Shown piece by piece: positions 56,635 through 64,000 of a stretch of 64,000 nucleotides of DNA; positions within the stretch are counted from its first letter, which is position 1; the number at the start of each line of letters is the position of its first letter. Under the pieces are notes generated by a model that worked only from the letters and a program-made list of their open reading frames with translations, made no database searches and had not been told where the DNA came from. The DNA is from a virus (taxonomy: Duplodnaviria > Caudoviricetes), in the IMG/VR virus record IMGVR_UViG_645948442_000001, positions 1 to 64,000 of that record; one strand, 5' to 3'. The position numbers and the translations under genes were made by a program.

Positions 56635-57513
56635 TCATCCCATCACAATTGCCCAGATAAGCGCCTGGGAACTCGCAGCATCGTAAATCTCTTGGGTGTT
56701 TTTGCGGGTGTACACCATGTTCCAAGCCGTCCAGGAGGTGCCACCATTGACAGATAGCCGGAACCATGGATTGTCATCCGCGCCAACCCACATCTGTTGG
56801 ACCAAATCTGAACCGGTGCCCCTCATCACGAGACACACCCCGTTAGCAGAGGATTCTGCCGGGAAGGTGCCCGGCGAGGCGGGGTTGGCCACGGTACAGG
56901 ATATGGAGCCCGGCACGTTCTCGGCGTTCAGATTGTATGTGCCCCCCGCGACCGCCGAACGAGAGGGTCGATTGTAGGACACGTCGCGCAGGTCGAATTT
57001 CTGGAGCAGAGGATGCTGGATGTTCTGGGTGAATTCCGAAGCATTCAACGAACCAATGGGAAAATCAATATTGGTCCCTGTGGCCCCCACATTGACGTCA
57101 AAGGCCAAAACGCTGTTGAATTTGAACACCCCGACCACAGCCACCCTCTGGTCCGAACTATTCTGGTGCAACTCAAAAGTCACCAGATTCATGTTGACGT
57201 TGTCTGTGCTGCTGAAACCCAGGATTTCAATGCTAGTGCGCATGAAATTGCCTGTGTTGCGTTTGGCTTGCACTGAGAGTGTGATGGAAACCTCACTGGC
57301 GCCAGACGTCATGTTGATGTGTAACATGCCGTTGAACCTGTCCGCCGTGGCGAATACCACACGCTGCTCCCCAATACTCGGAGGAGTATAGACAGTTGGC
57401 GCAGCAGTGCCCTTGATTGTGAACCCGTTGTTGAAGTCAAGTGACTCCAGCTTGCCGACGTGCTTAACGTCCAGGTCCTGCGGCAAGAACATCCGTTGTG
57501 GAAAATCCGCCAT
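56635..57513 (-). CDS. Tail fibre protein with pyocin-knob-like C-terminal domain
   Basis: QQMW....WFR....WTAW..VY, ending SQALIWAIVMG; late box at 57529-57535. Confidence 0.65.
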   Translation of the reverse strand: MADFPQRMFLPQDLDVKHVGKLESLDFNNGFTIKGTAAPTVYTPPSIGEQRVVFATADRFNGMLHINMTSGASEVSITLSVQAKRNTGNFMRTSIEILGFSSTDNVNMNLVTFELHQNSSDQRVAVVGVFKFNSVLAFDVNVGATGTNIDFPIGSLNASEFTQNIQHPLLQKFDLRDVSYNRPSRSAVAGGTYNLNAENVPGSISCTVANPASPGTFPAESSANGVCLVMRGTGSDLVQQMWVGADDNPWFRLSVNGGTSWTAWNMVYTRKNTQEIYDAASSQALIWAIVMG

Positions 57514-57537
57514 TTCATACCTCCTGAATACTTATGC

Positions 57538-58278
57538 TCACTCTTTGATGAGCGTCAACTTGAAGCCGCCTGGGTGGAAATTGGGGTAGTAGATCCGATC
57601 AAGGATCTCCTGGTAATGAATGGGGTCCCTAGTCACCTTGATTACCATGCTGTACTCCTGGTACACTTCATCGTCCCGGATCAGAGTGGTGTCCCCGTCT
57701 ATCACCATGTCGTCATCAATCCGAGCCAACACCAACTTCGGGTTGAAGAACTGGATGTCCTCGCCGAAGAATATGTTGAACAGCAGCCTCAACACGAAGT
57801 TGGTGCCCTTGGAGGCATACAGATGCTTCAGCAAACGGAGGTATCGCACCTCATCGATTTGCTCCAGCGTAGACAGATTGTTCGAAGGGGTGTGATTCAT
57901 CCGCTTCGACCACATCTCAATACCAGCGTTGATGTCCGTGACTGTGTCCCAGATCAACCCATCAGATTCCGTGAAGGTCTCAGCATCAGCAGTCTCGAAC
58001 CCGTCAAAGGCCCGGTACAGAGTCATGTTGTCATGAAAATTCTGATGCCAGATGCCAGGCTGGACCCAATTCTCATGTTTGTTGACCAGGTCAGAGTTAG
58101 TCAGCGGATCATACCGACCTTCTGACTCCTTCTCACGGTAGAACCTGACCTCGCCACGTGTCAAACCATTGCGATACTGCCAGTCATAGTACTGGTCAAG
58201 GAGGGCAATAACCCTGGGGGAATCCGTCAGCATCCGACGTGGGAGCTGGGCGCTGACGAAGTCGGTATCAGTTCTCAT
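57538..58278 (-). CDS. Baseplate wedge subunit (gp7-like)
   Basis: LYASKGT....LF..FFGE, YQEYS, HPGGFKL; directly after gp6. Confidence 0.7.
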   Translation of the reverse strand: MRTDTDFVSAQLPRRMLTDSPRVIALLDQYYDWQYRNGLTRGEVRFYREKESEGRYDPLTNSDLVNKHENWVQPGIWHQNFHDNMTLYRAFDGFETADAETFTESDGLIWDTVTDINAGIEMWSKRMNHTPSNNLSTLEQIDEVRYLRLLKHLYASKGTNFVLRLLFNIFFGEDIQFFNPKLVLARIDDDMVIDGDTTLIRDDEVYQEYSMVIKVTRDPIHYQEILDRIYYPNFHPGGFKLTLIKE

Positions 58279-60070
58279 AGATCAACTCGCGGGAGCGAAC
58301 CTCAAGGTCAACGTTGGTGATACTCAGGATGGACCGCTTGGATCCAAACAGAGAGGGGTCTTGACTGTCAGGAGTGATAGCCACATGCACCCCTTCTGCT
58401 GTGTCAGTTGACAGGGCCAGGAACTTCACCAACTGAATGGTGCCCTTCGCGTAGTCAACCGTGCCGGCAGGGGCGGGAGAGATGCGTTCGCCGCCCGCCT
58501 CCTTGTCTCGGTTGCGCCAACGCAGGTACAACAATCCATCCTTGTCAAAGATGTCCTGGGCCCAACCGGCAATGTCGACTGGAGAAGGCGTGCTGAACTG
58601 GGTGATGCGCACAGACCCTGGCTTGATCGGGGAAGTGAAGCTGAATGTGTAGTTGTTGGCTGCACCAATCGCCGGGGCCATCATCTTCACATAGTCAACG
58701 TACAAGGTGAGCCCACGGATGGACTGATCGACGCCATTGACAAATCCGACCAGGTTGGAGTACACGAAGTCAGAACCGAAGAACTCCAGATGCTCCTTGC
58801 TCCACTGCTGGATGGCCCGGGTCACCTTGATCTTCATGGACTGCTCACTCAGCACAGTGCTGTTGTGGCTGTACAGAACTTGACCACGGATGTTGATGTG
58901 GGTGAATATAGGGTCCACAATCATGGGAGTCACAGAGGAAACGCACCGGCTGGTGAGCATGCCCTTCAGCTCAGCCTTCTGGACATCATCAAGCAGGTCA
59001 CCACTCTTGGGTTTGACCGCAACAAACTGGTAGCCATACATGGGCGGGTCGTTCTCCTCACCGCCCCAGCTGATGGCCGATTCAGCTTCTGGGAAGTTGG
59101 CCAGGGTCAGAGCCACGAAGTCATTGGTGGTGACAGCGTTGCCTTGTGCAGAGAAAGCCAGCGGCGCGATGCGTCGCACTGTGTCAATGGCGTCCTCATC
59201 AGAACCGCCATAGCTGTACATCTGGATGGGGAACACAGACACGCCATAGTGACCACCCACAGAGCTCACCGACTCAACGGCCTTGGCTCCGTTGCCATCT
59301 GCGCCTTCAGTGGTGAGGGCTTCAATCACCACGACTGATCCGAAGGCCGGGCGACGGCTGATCTTGTCGTCCCCGAACTCAATGCTGTAACGACCGTTCT
59401 TGTCTGAGTCCAGGAAGAACACACATTGATCTTTGCCCAGATCATAGATGTTCTCAAACTTCTTGTAATTGGTCAAGTCGGTGGACTTGTTGTTGGGGAG
59501 CACACCAACCTTGACGAAATCTGTGTCAACCGAATCGAACGGGATGGTGTATGCTTCCGTGGTGTGATCAGCCTGCACCACATAAGAATGGTTCACCCAT
59601 CGTCCCTGCACCAACTCAACGTTCTTGAAGGTGTACGCCCCGTCAATCAGCTCCGCCTCATGCTCTGTGGATGCGCTGAAGAAGAGGCTCACGCCATCCT
59701 TGTTGGTGAAGAATTTCGCCTTGCGATCCAGAACCAGTGTGGGGGTGGTGGTTGCCCCGGTGACTGGGCGCACCACGATATCGGCATGGTACCTGGCCGC
59801 GCGCTTTCCTCGTGGCACATACCCCAGCACAGATGAGATTGCGTTCACGTTCCTTGGGATTGTGGCCGACTGGAGGTCCATCTCATTGAACAGGAAGTTG
59901 TTGCCCGCCTGCTGCATCTGAGAGTTGTACGCAAGGACGCGTAGAATAGCCTTGGCCACGGAGCCGTCCCAGTTCACGTCTCGGAACCCGGCCTGTGTAC
60001 TCATGTACGTCTTCAACGACTCCATGATGTCGTTGAACTCGAAACTCTGGGTCATCCGATTGATAGTCAT
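58268..60070 (-). CDS. gp6: Baseplate wedge protein gp6
   Basis: FRDVNWDGS, LAYN, LGYVPR, IEFGD, AQGNAVT..DF, WGGEENDPP. Confidence 0.93.
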   Translation of the reverse strand: MTINRMTQSFEFNDIMESLKTYMSTQAGFRDVNWDGSVAKAILRVLAYNSQMQQAGNNFLFNEMDLQSATIPRNVNAISSVLGYVPRGKRAARYHADIVVRPVTGATTTPTLVLDRKAKFFTNKDGVSLFFSASTEHEAELIDGAYTFKNVELVQGRWVNHSYVVQADHTTEAYTIPFDSVDTDFVKVGVLPNNKSTDLTNYKKFENIYDLGKDQCVFFLDSDKNGRYSIEFGDDKISRRPAFGSVVVIEALTTEGADGNGAKAVESVSSVGGHYGVSVFPIQMYSYGGSDEDAIDTVRRIAPLAFSAQGNAVTTNDFVALTLANFPEAESAISWGGEENDPPMYGYQFVAVKPKSGDLLDDVQKAELKGMLTSRCVSSVTPMIVDPIFTHINIRGQVLYSHNSTVLSEQSMKIKVTRAIQQWSKEHLEFFGSDFVYSNLVGFVNGVDQSIRGLTLYVDYVKMMAPAIGAANNYTFSFTSPIKPGSVRITQFSTPSPVDIAGWAQDIFDKDGLLYLRWRNRDKEAGGERISPAPAGTVDYAKGTIQLVKFLALSTDTAEGVHVAITPDSQDPSLFGSKRSILSITNVDLEVRSRELIYEN

Positions 60071-60116
60071 CACGATCTCCAATAATAGTGCTCAATGTAT
60101 TTACTCATCAAAATTC

Positions 60117-60642
60117 AGCTATAATAAGTATGATGTGCGTGAAACCCTTACCCTTTGGGACACGTGACCGCTATACTGATCATCCAGGCATGGGTGAGCC
60201 TTTACCCCATTCACCGAATGGCCGTGTGAGCAACGGCAACTGTCCGATCGAGAAATCGCGGGCGCCTCGAACCTGTGAAGAGAGCAGGCGTGTGGCATAG
60301 AGACAAGACCAATTCCGGTTTTCCTGCTGGGTCTTGTCTCCATCATTCTATTGATGTTTGGACTCATGTCCATGATGTGCCTTCTGACGACGCGCGAGGT
60401 GAAACAAAGAACAAGGAAGGCGATGGACGCCTGCTGTCTGACCGGACAGTGGCGGGAGGGAGTGTTCCCTCAAAGTCTGAGTACATGCTGGTCGGTTCCC
60501 GATCAGTCCACCGTGCAGGGGTGGCCCACTACCTTGTTCAGATGTCTGACGACTGAGAGTCTCGTTTCTCTCTTTCGTTTATGGCATCTGAGCACTCAGG
60601 TAGTGGGATGGAAAAGGGATGAATTGCGTCTGTGCCATTCAC
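60117..60642 (+). ncRNA. Candidate structured ncRNA or RNA-primed origin, copy 2
   Basis: Intergenic gap with long helices (GAGACAAGACC/GGTCTTGTCTC, CCCACTACCT/AGGTAGTGGG) and blocks shared with 25604-26011. Confidence 0.6.
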
Positions 60643-60741
60643 GCGCCGTAGGCGCATGATTTGCACAATGGTATATCGCGCGAGAAGCGCAGCCAGACAG
60701 CCTGTTAAATACAGACAGATAAACCAATTTGAGAACCCAAC

Positions 60742-61047
60742 ATGTTTGCTCCTATCGCTGAATATCAAACTCCCTATTTCTCCATGACTGCTGTCGGTCT
60801 GGTGGGCCAAGACCAGAAGTTCTACCCAGGGGCCATCTTCCGTGGTTCGGACAAGGCGCTGGCTGAGATATTCGAAGGCCACACCATAACACTGAGTCAG
60901 AATGGAGTGGTCACTCTGGATGGTGAGGAGCTGGGAGCTTCGATCAGGCTGTTCAACTGCCCCAAGCGTGAGGTGATCGGTCGCTGGGTCAAGAGCATGA
61001 TCGGTACTGGAGCACTGGTTCTCGTCATCGACTATGCTGCTCAATGA
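60742..61047 (+). CDS. Hypothetical protein
   Basis: First gene of a tightly packed + strand operon; TTAAATA box at 60705-60711. Confidence 0.7.
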   Translation: MFAPIAEYQTPYFSMTAVGLVGQDQKFYPGAIFRGSDKALAEIFEGHTITLSQNGVVTLDGEELGASIRLFNCPKREVIGRWVKSMIGTGALVLVIDYAAQ

Positions 61048-61300
61048 TCTGGAAGCCATCAGCTGGTTCAAGGACCCAAAATTCGATCCCCTGGAGCACC
61101 GTTTCGGGGGTATAATTGGTGATCACGTGCTGTTTGCCAAGTCGGGCAAAGACAAGACTATCATGAGAGGCACCCTAGTTGGATGGCGTCACGGAGGCAC
61201 AGGCCCCAACATGATGATCGAGGCTGACGACCCTGAAGTTGGCACAGTGTTCACCCGTCCGGCTCTCGTCTGGACCATCAACAAGGAAACAATCAAGTGA
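61034..61300 (+). CDS. Hypothetical protein
   Basis: Overlaps its neighbours in operon fashion. Confidence 0.65.
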   Translation: MLLNDLEAISWFKDPKFDPLEHRFGGIIGDHVLFAKSGKDKTIMRGTLVGWRHGGTGPNMMIEADDPEVGTVFTRPALVWTINKETIK

Positions 61301-61653
61301 CTACTCTCATCGCCAAGCCGGGCCTCATCGCCGTGCCTGAAAGTGTGATCCAAGACATCGGGCGCCGTGAAGAATGCCTGCTGCTCCCGAAGATCACCAA
61401 CGGCTCTGGCCAAATGCGCCGCCTGGCCATAGGCGAGGTGACTTCGGCAGTTCGTGCTGCCAATGGTGACATCATCTTTGAAGTGGACATCCGAGAAGGA
61501 CAACTGGCTGTCTTGCCCGGCACTGAGGTGACCTATGACCTGATGCTGCAGCCTGCCGACCTCAACTGGTTCAAGCGCCTGGTCAACTGGATCAAGCCTG
61601 GCCACTTCCCCGAGCATGAAGTCGTTTCGATCAACTTCATCAACCTGAAGTGA
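61297..61653 (+). CDS. Hypothetical protein
   Basis: GTGA coupling, SD AAGGA, hairpin downstream at about 61659-61684. Confidence 0.7.
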   Translation: MTTLIAKPGLIAVPESVIQDIGRREECLLLPKITNGSGQMRRLAIGEVTSAVRAANGDIIFEVDIREGQLAVLPGTEVTYDLMLQPADLNWFKRLVNWIKPGHFPEHEVVSINFINLK

Positions 61654-61701
61654 ATCCCTGCCCCGAGCCAGTCTCGGGGCATTTGTCTTATCTGGAGTCT
61701 C

Positions 61702-63312
61702 ATGGACGCTCAAACCGAACATATCCTGGCCATCGCGCGTAAACACTTCCCATACCCCACACCCAATCCAGGACAACTGGAAACCATTGTAGAAACCGTC
61801 AAGGCATTCAAGTCCGGCAAGAAGCATGTGGTGGTTCAAGCGCCCACAGGCATCGGCAAGTCTGCTATCGCCAAGACAGTTCACTCAGTGATGGCTGAAC
61901 TGAGTCCCGACAGGTTCAGAACCACCATAACGACGGCCTCTAAGGCCCTGCAGGACCAATACACGGAGGAATACAAGCAGATCTATGACCTGCGTGGTCG
62001 GACCAACTACGACTGCCCTCATAGCCTCGGCCCGTACAACAGCGGATCATGCCGGGGCGCCCGCCGCAGGAAGGAATGCAATGCCAAGGCTGAGTGCCCC
62101 TACCTGCAGACCCGCAACCACTGGTGCAACATCGCCGATCTACGTGTGACCAACAACAGCTTCAGCATCGAAGCCTGCGCCATGCTGGTGATGAGGCCCG
62201 AGAACCGAGCGAACCTGATCATCATCGATGAGTGCCATGAAATTGATGACAGCCTTTTGGAGCACACGAAGATCATGCTCAGGCCGTCTGACTTCTGGGG
62301 CATTGACGATCTGAGTGAGCAGATCAAGAAGGTCATCTCCCTGTTCACCATGATCCCTCTCGGGGTGCCTGTCGTGACTACAGACAACATGAAGCAGGCT
62401 TTCGCTGAATTCGCTGAACGGGCCAGCGCCGTCTACGACAGGCTGGTCGAGGACTTCGAGAAGCGCAACGGCGACTTGGACGCACTGGGCGACAAGATTG
62501 ACACCATGGAAACCATCATGGACAAGCTGGGTATGTTCATCGGCCCTGAAGTGTCCACATGGATCGTCGAGGAGGTCAACCCTGATCTGTCCTACCTGTC
62601 CCTGAAGCCCATCAAGGCCAGCCAGGTGGCGTACTACGGCCTGTTCCGCAAGGCTGACTACTTCCTGCACATGTCTGCTACGATCTGCGGCTTCGGAGAG
62701 TACGCTGAGTCACTGGGCATCAAAGATGATGAGGTGGAGTACCTCGATGCACCGAACCCCATCCCCGTGGCCTCTCGCATGGTGTATGTGCCAGCCAAAC
62801 AGAAGGTGTCTGGCACAATCGACTACGACCAGTTGACCGAGAACATCGACAACCTCATCAGCCTGCACCCTGAAGAGAATGGTCTGATCCACACGGTATC
62901 CTACATGCTGGCCAACGAGGTGTTCAAGCGCAGCAAACACCGGGATCGCATGTTCATGTCCAAGGACAGGGCTGAGATGGTGTCTGAGCTCCGCACCCGC
63001 AAGAATGTGGTCGTGTTGAGCCCTTCCATCGAGAAGGGGTTCGACGCCAAGGGTGACATGGCCAGGTTCCAAATCGTGGCCAAGGTTCCATTCCCATATC
63101 TCGGGGACAGTCTGGTTAAGTACAACAGCACGAACACGGCTGGGTGGTATGAGCGCAAGACGGCATTGAGGGTGGTACAGGCTTGCGGCCGCGTGACTCG
63201 GGGAGTCAGCGACTTCGGGGTGACGTACATCATCGATACCAACTTCAGGCGCCTGTACGAGCAGAATCCACACCTGTTCCCTGAATGGTACAAGCAATCT
63301 GTGAGGATGTGA
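61702..63312 (+). CDS. DinG/Rad3(XPD)-family SF2 helicase
   Basis: QAPTGIGKS, LQDQY, GRTNYDC..CPY four-Cys cluster, IIDECH, MSAT, KVPFPYLGD, QACGRVTR. Confidence 0.9.
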   Translation: MDAQTEHILAIARKHFPYPTPNPGQLETIVETVKAFKSGKKHVVVQAPTGIGKSAIAKTVHSVMAELSPDRFRTTITTASKALQDQYTEEYKQIYDLRGRTNYDCPHSLGPYNSGSCRGARRRKECNAKAECPYLQTRNHWCNIADLRVTNNSFSIEACAMLVMRPENRANLIIIDECHEIDDSLLEHTKIMLRPSDFWGIDDLSEQIKKVISLFTMIPLGVPVVTTDNMKQAFAEFAERASAVYDRLVEDFEKRNGDLDALGDKIDTMETIMDKLGMFIGPEVSTWIVEEVNPDLSYLSLKPIKASQVAYYGLFRKADYFLHMSATICGFGEYAESLGIKDDEVEYLDAPNPIPVASRMVYVPAKQKVSGTIDYDQLTENIDNLISLHPEENGLIHTVSYMLANEVFKRSKHRDRMFMSKDRAEMVSELRTRKNVVVLSPSIEKGFDAKGDMARFQIVAKVPFPYLGDSLVKYNSTNTAGWYERKTALRVVQACGRVTRGVSDFGVTYIIDTNFRRLYEQNPHLFPEWYKQSVRM

Positions 63313-63674
63313 TGGGAGATTTGATCCACTACCTGGTGTTCACCCAGGTGAAATACAAGCTGGCCCACTGGTACGCCAGCGACTACCAGGTCCACCTGGC
63401 CACCGACAAGTTCAACGACTCGGCCGGTGGTCTGTTCGATGAGATTGTTGAGACTGTCCGGTCGGTGGACAAGACGCCGCTGGATGCGTTCCAGGCTGAC
63501 GTGCCCACATTCGATCACAAGTCTCTGGAGGCCCTCAAGGCTGATGTGGGTCGCGACATCGAGGTGTGTAAGAACCATGAAGCTCGGTCGATGCCCATCA
63601 TCGCCAGCCAACTGGACCAACTGGGCGCCTACCTGTCTGTGCTGTTCAACAACCTGTCCATGATCAAGGAGTGA
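63312..63674 (+). CDS. Ferritin/Dps-like four-helix protein (DUF5856-like)
   Basis: HW......H.A.D.F.D....FDEIVE pattern; TGATG coupling. Confidence 0.6.
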   Translation: MGDLIHYLVFTQVKYKLAHWYASDYQVHLATDKFNDSAGGLFDEIVETVRSVDKTPLDAFQADVPTFDHKSLEALKADVGRDIEVCKNHEARSMPIIASQLDQLGAYLSVLFNNLSMIKE

Positions 63675-63675
63675 A

Positions 63676-64000
63676 ATGGCCTTCGACTTCAACCCTCAGC
63701 ACCGGGACATCAAGACAGTCCCCACTGACGAACTGAAATCCTGGATGATTGACCAGACCATCCGCTGGGCGTACCATCGCGAATGGGCTCGTCGCAACAA
63801 GGTCATGAACCAGCCCAAGCCCTGGTCTGTGGATACCATCATCCAGAGCTACCGATTCTGCAACGTCAATCGCCAGGACGACAAGGAGACCATGCTGCTG
63901 AATCATGGTTTCTTCGACCCCAATCGCGACCGTCATGACCTGTGGTTCAACATCGCAGTGGCGCGCTGGATCAACTGGGCTCCAACAGTGCTGGCCATCG
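63676..64000 (+). CDS. aGPT-PPlase1 / 5-hmdU DNA kinase helical-domain family protein (partial, runs off the window)
   Basis: Manual translation MAFDFNPQ...PKPWSVDTIIQSYRFCNVNRQDD...VARWINW fits the PW..D.I...YRF.NV.R..D signature; absent from the ORF track because it has no stop. Confidence 0.8.
   Translation, partial: MAFDFNPQHRDIKTVPTDELKSWMIDQTIRWAYHREWARRNKVMNQPKPWSVDTIIQSYRFCNVNRQDDKETMLLNHGFFDPNRDRHDLWFNIAVARWINWAPTVLAI

Noticed and set aside
60384-60405. Hammerhead-like CTGACGA...GAAAC
   Set aside because: The intervening bases do not form a proper stem II, and I could not build stems I and III with an NUH cleavage site.
60135-60642. Group II intron (GTGCG near the 5' end) or group I intron
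   Set aside because: No domain V catalytic hairpin, no P7 R/S elements, and no interrupted host gene.
1-64000. tRNA, rRNA, integrase, transposase or reverse transcriptase genes
   Set aside because: None were recognised by eye; tRNAscan-SE or Infernal would be needed to exclude them formally.

Overview
This 64 kb window is part of a GC-rich T4-superfamily myovirus genome, with gene content and order most like Ackermannviridae/ViI- or phiW-14-type phages. It holds rIIA/rIIB, baseplate, tail and head genes (gp3/4/6/13-23/26/27/48/51/53/54), a VrlC-like protein and a variable tail-fibre cassette. It also holds lysis genes (GH19 endolysin, Rz with embedded Rz1), replication and recombination genes (gp32, gp33, RuvC-like, UvsW, UvsY, gp43, a DinG-like helicase), nrdA/nrdB, and two components of 5-hmdU thymidine hypermodification. 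Five observations stand out. (1) Two paralogous, highly structured non-coding elements of about 400-530 nt (25604-26011 and 60117-60642) share ordered sequence blocks and hairpin layout and match no RNA class I recognise. (2) The large terminase is split into two genes joined by an atypically split intein. (3) A C-terminal LG(G/A)F(F/A) motif is shared by gp43, gp33, an exonuclease and the putative DNA-modification kinase, suggesting recruitment to the sliding clamp. (4) NrdA contains an internal glutaredoxin domain. (5) Two structural genes carry single-base frameshifts. All family calls come from recognising motifs and synteny by eye; no database searches or folding computations were run.
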